Source: Octopus sinensis (taxonomy: Eukaryota). From it: 64,000 nucleotides of DNA. The notes beneath the pieces were generated by a model, which saw nothing but the letters and a program-made list of their open reading frames with translations, was not told where the DNA came from and searched no databases. Position 1 is the first letter of the stretch, and each line of letters begins with the position of its first letter. Below, in pieces: positions 26,320 to 38,656 of this stretch. The position numbers were made by a program, and so were the translations under genes. Location: the NCBI RefSeq assembly GCF_006345805.1, contig NC_043009.1, positions 55,738,001 through 55,802,000 of the forward strand. The letters are read 5' to 3'.

Positions 26320-26479
26320 GGAGAGAGGAGAAGAGGGGGAAGGGGGAAGAGGAGGGGGAGAAGAGGGGGAGGAGGGGAGGGGAGGGGGGAAGGAAGGGGA
26401 GGAGGAAGGAGGAAAGAGGGAGAGGGGGAGAGAGAAGGGGAGTGAGGGAGCAGAGGGAAGGGGAAGAGGGAAGGAGGGA
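26320..26479 (+). repeat. ~160-bp almost purine-only G/A tract
   Basis: Only isolated pyrimidines; many GGG+ runs. Confidence 0.9.
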
Positions 26480-26630
26480 TATATATATATATATACACAC
26501 ATACACATATATGTATGTATCTTGTCCCATTTTGTATTTATATATATACATTCAAAATGTGAGTGCGTGTGTACCGTTGGCGATTTTTTTTTCTTCTGTC
26601 TTCCCTTCTCTGGATCTTTCCTTCTCCTAT

Positions 26631-26665
26631 GTTTCCGATGCAGAGCTCCGGTCGAAACGTTAAAC
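26631..26665 (+). ncRNA. Minimal hammerhead-like motif (copy of 24343-24377 with substitutions)
   Basis: GUUU-CCGAUGC-A-GAGC(UCC)GGUC-GAAACGUU-AAAC. Confidence 0.55.
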
Positions 26666-26764
26666 CCTCCTTCTTCCCTTCCTTCCTGAGCATCCAATAA
26701 TACTATATTTGTTTCACGTCCTCGCATTGTTGTGTTTTCTCTTTGTGTTTTCATGTTTGGATTA

Positions 26765-26832
<68 letters not shown>

Positions 26833-27325
26833 TAATACACACATATACATAAATACATACACACACACACATATTCTCCTCCAAAATGAAGATGATTAAT
26901 GATAGGCATTTTCAAGAGGATCACTTGAAAAACGCAAAGATCTTTCCACATGAAACCATTTGTTGCCTTGTTAAACCACAAATGAATAATTATTTATCCA
27001 CCAATGCAGTGTTGAACACTCATTATCACTGTTCAATACTAGTGTGTATATACTTACATGCAGGTATGCATGTGTGTATGTATGTACGTATGTATGTATG
27101 TATGTATGGATGTATCGAAGTATGTATGTATGTATGTATGTATAAAAAACCTTCCATTTTCCAACTATATATGGCAGTTCTGAAAACTAATTCTAACTCT
27201 ATTTCAAAATTACTTGATAAACACACACACACACACACACACACATTTTTTACATACATTAGGCTTGACAGCATTAATAATAAATATGCACACATATATA
27301 TGTACATACATATGCAATATACATG

Positions 27326-27360
<35 letters not shown>

Positions 27361-27819
27361 CTCTATGAATTATATAGTTCCATCAATTTGTATACAACAA
27401 TAGAAAGGTGATAGTCAATCTTGTGACTGGTATCACTATTTAAGCCTTTTGAAAGCAGCCATAGTTTATAATTACATGCAATCTATCACAAGCCTATAAA
27501 AATAGGTTTTTGTATTCTTTTGTTGCGTTACTATTGTTTGACAACCAAAGGAAGACATAAAAAATAATAACGATAATAGTGAACTTTAATATCTCTGACG
27601 TTTATGATAATTCATAGCTTTACTATGTGTCTGAGCACACTACTGACTTGTGGAATTGCGTAAAAGAACTGTTGTTGCATATGTAGAACAGTTCTTGGAA
27701 TGAGGTCGTTGTGTATGGTTCCTTGGGTGCTGATGGTTTGGCATGGTTGAGTAGGCATTTAGCCTGCTTCGGTGACAGTGCTTTTTGACACTGGAAGTGA
27801 ACACTCTTATATACATACA

Positions 27820-27851
27820 TGCACACACACACACACCACGCACAGACACAC

Positions 27852-27891
<40 letters not shown>

Positions 27892-28165
27892 TACACACAA
27901 ACATGCATGCATGCACGTGCACACACACTCACGTTCACATACACACACACATGCATGCATACACATACACACACATGCATGCATGCACACACACATACAG
28001 ACACATGCATGCATGCACACACACAGACACACTCTCACATACACACACACTTGCATGCATGCATGTGTGCACACACACACACACATGCACATATGCATAC
28101 GTGCACGCATACAAACACACACATACATGGACACATGCGTGCACATGCACACAAACACACATGCA
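27820..28165. repeat. Compound (CA)n/(CT)n/(CATG)n repeat
   Basis: Directly visible; mostly alternating purine-pyrimidine. Confidence 0.9.
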
Positions 28166-28479
28166 GATCTTTATATTTTATCTTTTACTTGTTTCATTCA
28201 TTAGACTGTGGCCATGCTGGGGTATCACCTTGAAGAACTGTTTGTACTTGTTTTCTTTTTGTTTTTTATTAAGCCCAGTACTTATTCTACTGATCTCTTT
28301 TGCTGAAGCAGCAGGTTACAGGGACATAAACACACCAACACCAGTCAGCAAGCAGTGGTGAGGAACAAACACACACATACCAACACACATATGATGGGCT
28401 TCTTTCAGATTCTGTCTACCAAGTTCACTAACAAGGTTTTGATTGGCCTGAGGGTATAGTAGAAGGCAATTGTCAAAGG

Positions 28480-28785
28480 TGTGGAGGCACATGGCCTAGT
28501 GGTTAGAGCAGCAGACTTGCGGTCAAGGGATCGTGGGTTCGAATCTCAGACCAGGCGATGTGTGTGTTTATGAGTGAAACACCTAAACTCCTCACGGCTC
28601 CAGCAGAAGGTAATGGCGAACTCCTGCTGACTCTTTCGCCACAACTTTCTCTCACTCTTTCCTCCTGCATCTAGCAGCTCACCTGCGACGGACCGATGTC
28701 CCATCCAGGTGGGAAACCTATACACCATGGAAACTGGGAAACTGGCTCTTATGAGCCAGGCATGTCTCGAGAAGGGACAAAAAGA
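28480..28785 (+). mobile_element. tRNA-derived SINE inserted into a family S1 SINE (28175-28470 and 28790-28860, minus strand)
   Basis: GTGGAGGCACATGGCCTAGTGGTTAGAGC head and GGTTCGAATC B box; the host SINE resumes on both sides. Confidence 0.7.
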
Positions 28786-29069
28786 AAAAATAATTGTCAA
28801 AGGTGCCACACAGTGGGACTGAATCCAGAACCATGTGGCTGGGAAGCAAGCCTCTTTTATTCATTACATTAGCCATAAAGGTCTTACAATGAAAGGAAGC
28901 TATGGGCTGGATGAAGACATAATGATATGAAATGACGAATGAAATGATAATAAATGAGGGCAACAAGCAACGCCCACTGATTGCAGTCCACCCGAGAGCA
29001 TTGTTCTTTTTAGGTTACGGATTCAAGGCAACAAACCACTTATATTTTCAGAGTTCAAAAACAAAAAAC

Positions 29070-29268
29070 CATTTATGAGGTAATAATCTCTAACATTTTT
29101 CACAAATAAAATTTCATTAACGAGGCAACAAACCTCTTACATTCAGTACAAATAAACATTTATGAGGCAATAAACCTCTTTCAAAATACAAAAATCATTT
29201 ATGAGGCAATAACCTCTTACCCTTTTCATAATTTAATAATGCAAAAAATGAGGCACTAAGCCTCTTAC
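29070..29268. repeat. Five dispersed copies of a small hairpin motif with AT-rich spacers
   Basis: CATTTATGAGGCAATAA(A)CCTCTTAC-like motif starting near 29070, 29115, 29157, 29196 and 29247. Confidence 0.75.
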
Positions 29269-29279
29269 TTATATTCATT

Positions 29280-30110
29280 ATACACTTTCCTGTCCGACCA
29301 GGCTCCGTGCTTTTGTGAAGCACCTAGACCGTGCCAAGCTGGACCACTTCACCATGTATCTAATAGAGTCCTCTGGGAAGGAATTCATTATCCTGCACAG
29401 ATCAGTTTTCCATATGACCTCTGCGGCCACCTGCAAAGGCAAATCAAGGTCCTCCGTGCAAGACAGAATCCTCTCCCACCAGCCCTTCTTTTTAAAATTC
29501 TTAACAAAGTTTTCTAATGTCCTTCCCTTATAGAAGAGGACTACAAATTCCTCCTCCACAGCATGGGAGGGATTTACAGTTTCCACTTTTGGTGGCACAA
29601 CTTCCACTGAAGGTGCTTTGGGACATGACTGCAGTGTATCACAAACAGCTGGCAATGTCCTGTTTTTCTTTTTTTTCCTTTGAGCCACAGGAGGGTGGAG
29701 TTTCTCCGCTTTGTCCAGAAGATCCTCCCTCCCTCCCACCTTTTATTTTTTTGCTTTTTACAAGAAGGTTTCCACCTCCTTGACTTCCTCCTTCTCTCCC
29801 TCCCATGAGGGAGCAAGGAGCGGTATCTTTATCAATTGCTCCAGGACCTTATTTTGGTTTTGAGGGCAGTTCTTTTTAATATGGCCTGGTTCCAGGAACA
29901 GGTGATACTTGGGTGGGGGGCGTCCCTCAAGCATCACCGGACACCTAGACCCGGTCATTCTAAAAAAATCTGGAAATATCAGATTTTCAGCTGATTGGGT
30001 CTATAGGGTCAAAACAGCTTTTGACCCCTCCCAATCAGCCACAGGCAGGATATTCACATTGAGGAGCTTGGTACTGCTGCCACCCTGGTAATGACAGGCA
30101 GTTTCTGCAA
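29280..30110 (-). mobile_element. Decayed LINE ORF1-like fragment (Tx1/L1- or CR1-like)
   Basis: RCPVMLEGRPPPKYHLFLEPGHIKKNCP resembles a degenerate CCHC knuckle; frames broken. Confidence 0.4.
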
Positions 30111-31621
30111 TCTAGTGGCTATCACAAAAGAGGTTGTATACTAGATGTAACTGAAAAAATAGAGGATAGAAATTTTCTTCTTTGGTCAAGTTTTCATTGA
30201 CTTCACTGGGAAAAGAAGGTAAGGATGAAGAGAAATGAAGATGATGAATAAATTTATTAAAAGGTGAATGAGAGTGGTGAACATGGCTTGAATAAGTGGC
30301 CTACACTCAGCAAGTGGCTGTAAGCTAGAGATTTGATGTCTGAGTGAGGACACTTGCCCTTTGTTGTCGGATTAATCATGGGTCTGTGGAATTTCTTGTT
30401 TGGCATTTGGAGGCTGACTGTTGTGTATTGAACTCATAATGAATATATAACAAATAATTAAAATCTGCAAGTCACATGGTATGCTATTGGAGACATTTCT
30501 TTATTGTCATCTTTCTTATTTTCTTTTTACTCATTACAAAGTCTAGTTGTGTTGTATCCCTTTCTCTGTACTGACAGCAATGTTCTGGTTGTAGGCAATA
30601 CAAACTATGACTCAACTAAACTGCAACTAATTTGCAGCATTATGCAAATTGATGAGATCCCAAAAGGAAATTTTTAGAATGCCAGTGCAGTTGTTGTTAC
30701 TGTTGCAGTGGTTGCAATGAAAGAAGCACTATTGATTTATGCTATATTAGCTTCGGCCGTGTCTAGAAGGCTCTCAGGTGGTTGATACTACCATATGTTT
30801 AGCTCCTGAGCCTCCCACTTGCTTTCACAATGTCCTGCTTATTAATATTAGTGTAACTGAAATGTTACCTTAGGCACATACTGGGATTGTGCAAGAGTAT
30901 CTGATAGAAGGAGATAAAAGTCTTGCAACAAGACCTTTTGAATGTCCAGCCCTCAACAGTTTGTTTGAGTTCCACTTGGAGTAGAATGTGAGGAATGAAG
31001 AGGAAGATACTGCAAGAAATTTGCTGAAAGATAGGTGACAGAGATGAGCTTGACCAGAGCGAATGTGCATATGAACAGCCTGTGACTGTCATCCAAAGAA
31101 TACAGCAGAGAGAGGGCACTTGTCATTAGCTGTCAGAGTAACCACAAAGCAGTGGGGTTTCTTGATTGGCACTAAATGGCAATGCTTTATTTCATGGTTT
31201 TGAATATACTTTTGTACCATAATTGACTCTGCAAAATAACCTACTCCCATTGTTTTTGGCAACTTCTTCTTGCAATGTCCCCTTTATCTACATCCCGATG
31301 GAAAATAATAGCAATTCTTCTTCTTATTATTGTTTAATGTGGTCAACTGGCAGAACTGTTTGCATGCTGGACAAAATGCTTAGCAGCATTTCACCCATCT
31401 CTATGTTCTGAGTTCAAATTCTGCTGAGTCTACTTTGCCTTTCATCCTGAGGTGTAATTTTATAATCAAAACAAATTCACAATTTTGACTTTCCTACAAT
31501 ATAATTAATCACCTTATCCTTTATACTGTGTCCTTGCATATTAGGTGAGTATTTCAGAAATATTTTCACTTTCTGTCAAATACGTTCGTATATGTTTTTC
31601 AGTTGAGACATTCTGAACAAG

Positions 31622-31663
<42 letters not shown>

Positions 31664-32523
31664 TATTTATATATATATAAATGTATGTGTGTGTGTGTGT
31701 ATGTATATATGACTATATATATTTATGTGTGTGTGTTTGTCCCCCCACCACCATTGCTTGACAACCAGTGTTGGTGTGTTTTGCATCCTTGTAACTTAGC
31801 TGTTCAGTAGAAGAGATTAATAGAATAAGCACCAGGCTTACAGGGAATAAGTCCGGGGGTCGATTTCTTTGACGTGGCACCAGCACACAATTCACAGATG
31901 CTTACGTTTTTTTATTTTTCTGTGAATTTTTCACAGGTCCAGCTAGTTATTATTATTATTATTATTATCATTATTATTATCATCATCATCGTTGTCGTCT
32001 TCATCATCGTCATCATGTTTAGCAGCATTTCGTCTCTCTATATGGTCTGTGTTCAAATTCTGCAGAAATTGACTTTTTCATCTTTTTTCTTGGGGGGGGG
32101 GTGTCGATAAATTAAGTACTAGTTATACACTGGAGTTAATGTAATCGACTCACCCCCTCCCCCAAATTTCAGCGCTTGTGCAGAAAGGATTATTATTATT
32201 ATTATTATTATTAGTAGTAGTAGTAGTAGTAGTAGTTGTAGTAGTAGTAGAGGCAGCAGCAGCAGCAGTAGTAGTAGTAAGAATCAGTGGAGCACTGGAG
32301 AAAAATGTGGGGGCGTATATAATTTATGCTCCGAGTTCCACCTCAAAACAGAGAAACGAAGCAATATGTTATAGAATAATCTAATCCAGTGCTCTGACAA
32401 TAGCAAAAACTGATTTAAGTCAGTGTTATAAAATAATTACTAGGAAACCATATCACGATATCGATGCAGTCTTCATCTGTATTAACCACTGGGTTTTTTA
32501 TTGTCAGGAAAAGCATCACAAGT

Positions 32524-32581
<58 letters not shown>

Positions 32582-33616
32582 GGGAATTAATATTACTGTG
32601 ATAACTCTTCAGAACATCTTACATGGTTGCTTAACTTCGCTTACATGTCAAATTTAATTATTTATTTGATAACGCGATTCACTCGTTCGAATTTTGGACA
32701 AAATTTCGCTTTACAACCATTTAGTTCTGATTCTATCCCACTACATGACACCTAGTGCAAGTATCTTCTAGCAAACCTTCGGACTGATTAATCTATACAT
32801 TACTGTGATTGGAAATTAGATTAATAAACGAAATTCTATATGGGCGTATGCGTGAACCATTTATTGACTCGCGAAAAACACCTAAAAGTTCCACGAGGCT
32901 CCGGCAGGGGATGGTGGTGATCCTTGCTGTACTCTTTCACCACAACTTTCTCTCACTCTTACTTCCTGTTTCTGTTGTACCTGTATTTCAAAGGGCCGGC
33001 CTTGTCACTCTCTGTGTCACGCTGAATATCCCCGAGAACTACGTTAAGGGTACACGTGTCTGTGGAGTGCTCAGCCACTTAAACGTTAATTTCACGAGCA
33101 GGCTGTTCCGTTGATTCGGATCAACCGGAACCCTCGTCGTCGTAACCGACGGAGTGCTTCCATATCCATGCGTGAATATCTTTTGGTGGTGTCTGTCGAC
33201 GAAGGTGAAAACATCAGCAAAAAAACCGATTCACTTGGAACAAAGTTCTTTGCACCAGTTACAACGTTTCCTCGTCACTCTCACTGTCAGAAAAATAACG
33301 AAACAATGATTAAGTCCTTGGAAACCGAACCAATGATACTATCGTTCATGAATCAAATTTATAAAAAAGTGAAACGGTTATCGGCTAAGAATTAGAGTTA
33401 CCTCCCTTAACATCAATTATCAGTGAGAAATTTTAGTTATTTCCTTCTCACCATGAATAAACACAGAATTTTATAACTATGAAAAGACGCCCCAAAGAGG
33501 AAATCTTTCGATCCACGTGCTAGAAGATCAATGGTGTTTCCCGTAAGTCTCAACCCTACCGTCTGGGAAGAGAGCAAACTGAGTAATATAATTCTGTTTT
33601 CCTTGTACAAAAAAAA

Positions 33617-34009
33617 CAAAACAAAACAAAAAATGATTGCGAGTGGAATGATCAGCGCGATCAGGCTGACCTGGGGCTAAGAAACATCAACTGCTACTGA
33701 TGATAAAAGGAGTCAAAAGGGATCCACGACTGCGACTGCTATCATTCTTTCTTTAATTATTTCTTTGTTTAAACCAATTTTATTTAACCAGCTCAAGATG
33801 GTTGTCGTTGACGAGAGACTGCAGGTGAAACTCAGACGAAGCATTACAGGCTGAGAGGCGAGACGAGACGCTTGTGACCCTCCACCAGCTACGGATGAAA
33901 GCTCCCTTACCATAACATAGCACTTGCAGTTATAAGTCTGCAAATAAGGTGTCTTTCAATTGCACAAATGTTGTTGCTGTTACCACCTCCACCACCACTA
34001 CTACTACTA
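33617..34009 (+). mobile_element. Unclassified ~390-bp dispersed element with (CAC/TAC)n tail; inverted copy at 46410-46798
   Basis: Two highly similar copies, no ORF, no tRNA A/B boxes or TIRs seen. Confidence 0.7.
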
Positions 34010-34014
34010 CTATT

Positions 34015-34210
34015 TCTTTATTACCCACAAGGGGCTAAACACAGAGGGGACAAACGGATTAAGTCGATTATACGACCTCAGTGCGTAACTGGTACTTATT
34101 TAATCGACCCCGAAAGGATGAAAGGCAAAGTCGACCTCGGCGGAATTTGAACTCAGAACGTAAGCGCAGACGAAATACTGCTAAGCATTTCGCCCGGCGT
34201 GCTAACGATT
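34015..34210 (-). mobile_element. SINE family S2, 5'-clipped
   Basis: Match to the other S2 copies. Confidence 0.8.
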
Positions 34211-34246
34211 CTACTACTACTACTTCTACTGCTGCTGCAACTGCTG

Positions 34247-34285
<39 letters not shown>

Positions 34286-34820
34286 TTGCTGCAGCTACTA
34301 TTACTATTAATGTTGCTATTGCTACTGCTCCCCCAGCCCCACCACCGGACACATCAAAGGAAAGGCCACCCAATTCATTTGATATGGGGTTGGTCTCTAA
34401 CAAACTTACATTTTAAAACTGCATTGTTAAAATAGGTGACTGTTCCATCTGTTGCTGAGGACCCTGTCACTTGTTTTGTCTATGGCTGGCCTACAGCATG
34501 ACTTCCCTTGGAAAGGCAGGTAAAGATGAAGAGGAATGAAGATGATGTCATTCGAATGAATTTATTATAATGGTGAGTGAGAGTGGTGAACATGGCTTGA
34601 CTAAGTGACCTACACTATTTTGTCACACACTCTGACTACCTCAACTCCCTTATCTGTAAATTTCTCTGCCAAAAAACACCAATTCCATCCTGTCTATCAC
34701 TTTTTCCTAGCAGAACTTACCTGTGAGAAATCTGACTGTAATTCCCCCTCTATCTTACCTCTTGAATATGATAGACACTCACTTGCCTGCACTGGCAGCT
34801 TTACAGTTGGGCCTTTAAGG

Positions 34821-34862
<42 letters not shown>

Positions 34863-34878
<16 letters not shown>

Positions 34879-35934
34879 GCATACATACAAACATATATGT
34901 ACGTACCTACATCTACATGTATATATACATGCATATATCAATAATTATACGGGAGTACAGGACATCACAATAAGACGTAGAAACGGAAAAAGCCAAAAAA
35001 CAAAAAACAAGAAAACGGAAAACGAAAACAAATACAGGACGAGCTACACAAGGACAAAACCCCCGTCATCAGCTGTCGCTAAAGGAGTCAGGCATGTTTC
35101 GAAGGCATAACAGAACACTAATCCAATAGGCCTTCCTGCGAGAGAATTAAAATAAAATTTCAAGCAGCGGGGCACAATGAGTACGAACACAGACAAGACG
35201 TAACAATAAGACTGCAAAATTAAAATACATGTACAAAAACAAACACAAGAGGACGAACGAAAAAGCCTTTTTCTGGCATAGACAAACAATAAAACTGCAA
35301 AAATAAAAATACATGTACAAAAAGTACAATTAGTTACAAAACGAGAAAATAACAAGAATACTATACAGAAATCAACCACACAAGGGGACGAACGAAGAAG
35401 CCTTTTGCTGGCAAGGACGAAAGTGTAGTAGCAGCGCGTGGAGGCAGTCTTTTCAATAGTGGGAACCACGTGTAAAGGAATTTTGTTTTATAGGAAGGAG
35501 AGGGGAGAAGAGAGAGGGGACAGGAAGAGAGAGGAGGAGGGAGGAGAAAGATTGAAGAGGTTAAAGCAAAGGAGAGAGTACCGCATCTTCAATATAATAA
35601 TATAAATATAAAAAAAGGGGACCAAGAAGTGGATCGAAACGACGAATCGAACGAACCTGATGCGGGGCGCTGTCAGACAATAAGGAGATAAATAAAATAT
35701 ATGCATACATACAAACATATATGTACGTACCTACATCTACATGTATATATACATGCATATATCAATAATTATACGGGAGTACAGGACATCACAATAAGAC
35801 GTAGAAACGGAAAAAGCCAAAAAACAAAAAACAAGAAAACGGAAAACGAAAAACAAATACAGGACGAGCTACACAAGGACAAAACCCCCGTCATCAGCTG
35901 TCGCTAAAGGAGTCAGGCATGTTTCGAAGGCATA
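34863..35934. mobile_element. Partial tandem (1.3x) of an ~824-bp non-coding unit giving ~247-bp direct terminal repeats
   Basis: 34863-35109 and 35688-35934 differ only by single-A indels; flanked by CT/TA microsatellites. Confidence 0.7.
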
Positions 35935-35971
35935 TATATATATATATATATATAATGTGTGTGTGTATATG

Positions 35972-36169
35972 TGACCGCGTGTATATTGTTGGCGATTTTC
36001 TTTCTCCATCTTCCCTTCCTTGGACCTTTACTTTTTCTATGTTTCTGACGAAGAGCTCCGCTCAAAATGTTAAATCCTTCTTCTTTCTTTCCTTTCCTGA
36101 GCGTCCAATAACACTATACTTATTCCACATACTTGCATTGTTGTGTTTTCTCTTTGTTCATGTTTGGAT

Positions 36170-36174
<5 letters not shown>
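35972..36174 (+). mobile_element. Non-autonomous hammerhead-bearing repeat, diverged copy 3
   Basis: Colinear similarity to 24265-24478; followed by long (TA)n. Confidence 0.55.
36041..36075 (+). ncRNA. Decayed minimal hammerhead-like motif
   Basis: GUUU-CUGACGA-A-GAGC(UCC)GCUC-AAAAUGUU-AAAU: canonical CUGANGA, G12>A. Confidence 0.5.
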
Positions 36175-36232
<58 letters not shown>

Positions 36233-36604
36233 TGAGATAGGGGTTGTAAGTGCAACCCTCCATGGGATAACATATATCCAATATACTGCTAGTGAAGCAC
36301 CCAACAAAGATAATACATAAATGTTAAGAATTGCGATGCAATTAATTCATTTACTGTATTATATGGGCAAAGGTAAAATGTTTTACCACAAATTAATAAT
36401 ACAAAATAAGAAAATGGAGAAACACATCAATGATCAACTAACAGATAATACCCAATCACATAATTTATTAAACCACTACATATGAACATTAAGGTCAAAC
36501 ATAATAATATAGAACAAAATAATGTACATGAAAGAGTAATATGATACAATAAGTACAGTATGTATAAGTGAATATAAATAAATACAAATATAAATATAAA
36601 CTAC

Positions 36605-36731
36605 ATCTTACAGCTGTTTCGGCTGTGCAGATATGGGTGTCTCATTATGCTCATATTAGCCATGTGTGATAGGTCAATATGTAGTCATAAATGAGACACT
36701 TACAAAAATATCCCAAGGCCTCTTCAGAGAT
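36605..36731 (-). ncRNA. Type I hammerhead ribozyme motif with intact core and ~100-nt stem II
   Basis: AUCU-CUGAAGA-GGC...GCC-GAAA-CAGCUG-UA-AGAU; stem I AUCU/AGAU, palindromic ACAGCUGU stem III, GUA triplet; stem II extended by GGAUAU/AUAUCU and GUGUCUCAUU-UAUG/CAUA-AUGAGACAC. Confidence 0.75.
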
Positions 36732-37461
36732 TATGAAATACAAACTAAATTAAATATGAATATCAGAGGAGGTGCACCCATACAAAAGTAGGTACATACC
36801 CATAATATATAATATACACATACATATGATTGCATATACCCATACTCCTATACATATATATATACATATAATAATATAAATCAATATACATATATATGTG
36901 TTCTATATTCAATGTTACAGTTGGTCAACATAATATTATGATATTACAATATAGAAAACATACACATATTCATATTCAAATGCACATATACAAAGTCAAG
37001 AGTTCATTATATTAAGTTACAAAATGTCATTAATATTACCATCATTACCACTATTGCTACTAATATCATTATTATTATTATCAATAACATTAATACCAGC
37101 AAAACAATATATGCATCATGTGGTTAGCAACATAATAGCAAAAGCAACAACAACAATAATACTACAGTACCATGCAAAGCATTAAAGATCGGCATCATCA
37201 TCATCATCATCATTTAACGTCTGCTTTCCATGCTAGCATGGGTTGGACGGTTCAACTGGGGTCTGGGAAGCCCGAAGGCTGCACCAGGCCAGTCAGATCT
37301 GGTGGTGTTTCTACAGCAGGATGCCCTTCCTAACGCCAACCACTCCGTGAGTGTAGTGAGTGCTTTTTATGTGCCACCGGCATGGAGGCCAGGCGAGGCT
37401 GGCAACAGCCACGCTCGGATGGTCTTTGTTATGTATATATGTATGTGTGTATGTATGTATA

Positions 37462-37586
<125 letters not shown>

Positions 37587-38656
37587 TATATATATACACA
37601 TGTATGCATATAATCATGTTCTATGCTTGCATGGGTTGGACAAAAATGTTTTTCAGTGCCTACTGGAATCATAATCCAGACACACCATAAATTGTGCAGA
37701 CATGCTAAACACTAAGGCAATTGTCATTTTATTCATTCTTTCACTCATTCATCCATTCATACATACATACATACATGTTTTGTGCGTGTGTGTGTAATTG
37801 CACACACAATTACGGAGAAAGAGAGTGAGAAATGGTAAAGTGTAATGCATAAATGAAAATCAGAAGAATTCCTTTTTTTCTTTGTTGCAGATTGCAGAAG
37901 AGATGGAAAAAGAAAGAAAAATGTTTCAGTTACAAGCATGTGAAGTAAGTATCTTTAATGACAGGATGGGCATCTGACTGTAAAGCAATGCTTTAGTAAT
38001 ATTTATTCGTCTGACCTTTACTACCACTGCAAAAAAGAAAATATAATGAACAAAATATCAGAATGAAAATTGTATTTTTACCATTCAGCTGGTCATTATA
38101 TTTCTTGACCATCCAACACTGACATCAACAGATCAGCTGTCCTCTATTATAATGACCATCACTACTGGCATTTCAAGTTTACCAGGTCACTATGTAACTG
38201 ATATCTACTTATTGCTAATGTATATGTAATAAATCCTTAAAGAGAGAGCCCCAGGATGACCACAGTCCAATGACTGAAACAAGAAAAGAATAAAAGATAG
38301 ATAGTCTCCAAAACATTTAGTCATGGGACCCCTAGGCTAATCCCTGCTTTGATAGTGAAAGTGGGCTTAACTCTAGCATTTAATCCAGCCATTTCTGGTC
38401 CAGATATTCTCCTGGTTTTATGTTTAAACTGAGCAGATCCAATGTCTCACACCTACCCTACAAGGTCATTCTAAAAATAAACAACCACAACATAGAAATT
38501 GTGAAGCAATGAGAAAATGCATGATTAATTCAAAACAATGTGAATAAATAAGGTTTACATTTGACAAAGAAATCTGAATGTTCAAGAGTTAAAGTTGTAT
38601 TTGTGTGGCCTATTCTATCCATATCAGATACCATAAGCATCCACATAAATCTTTCG

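Larger units (their letters stand above)
25912..26769. mobile_element. Composite cassette of two divergent hammerhead-bearing units around a purine tract
   Basis: (TA)n on both sides; motifs at 26009-26046 (-) and 26631-26665 (+); both followed by TTCCTGAGC..CCA..ATAC. Confidence 0.55.

Noticed and set aside
35055-35110. CUGAUGA and GAAAC on the minus strand as a type II hammerhead
   Set aside because: Position 17 would be G, stem I pairs poorly and stem II relies on G-U pairs.
34863-35934. LTR retrotransposon/TRIM interpretation (TG...CA can be drawn inside the repeats)
   Set aside because: Repeat homology extends beyond the TG and CA, and no TSD or primer-binding site was seen.
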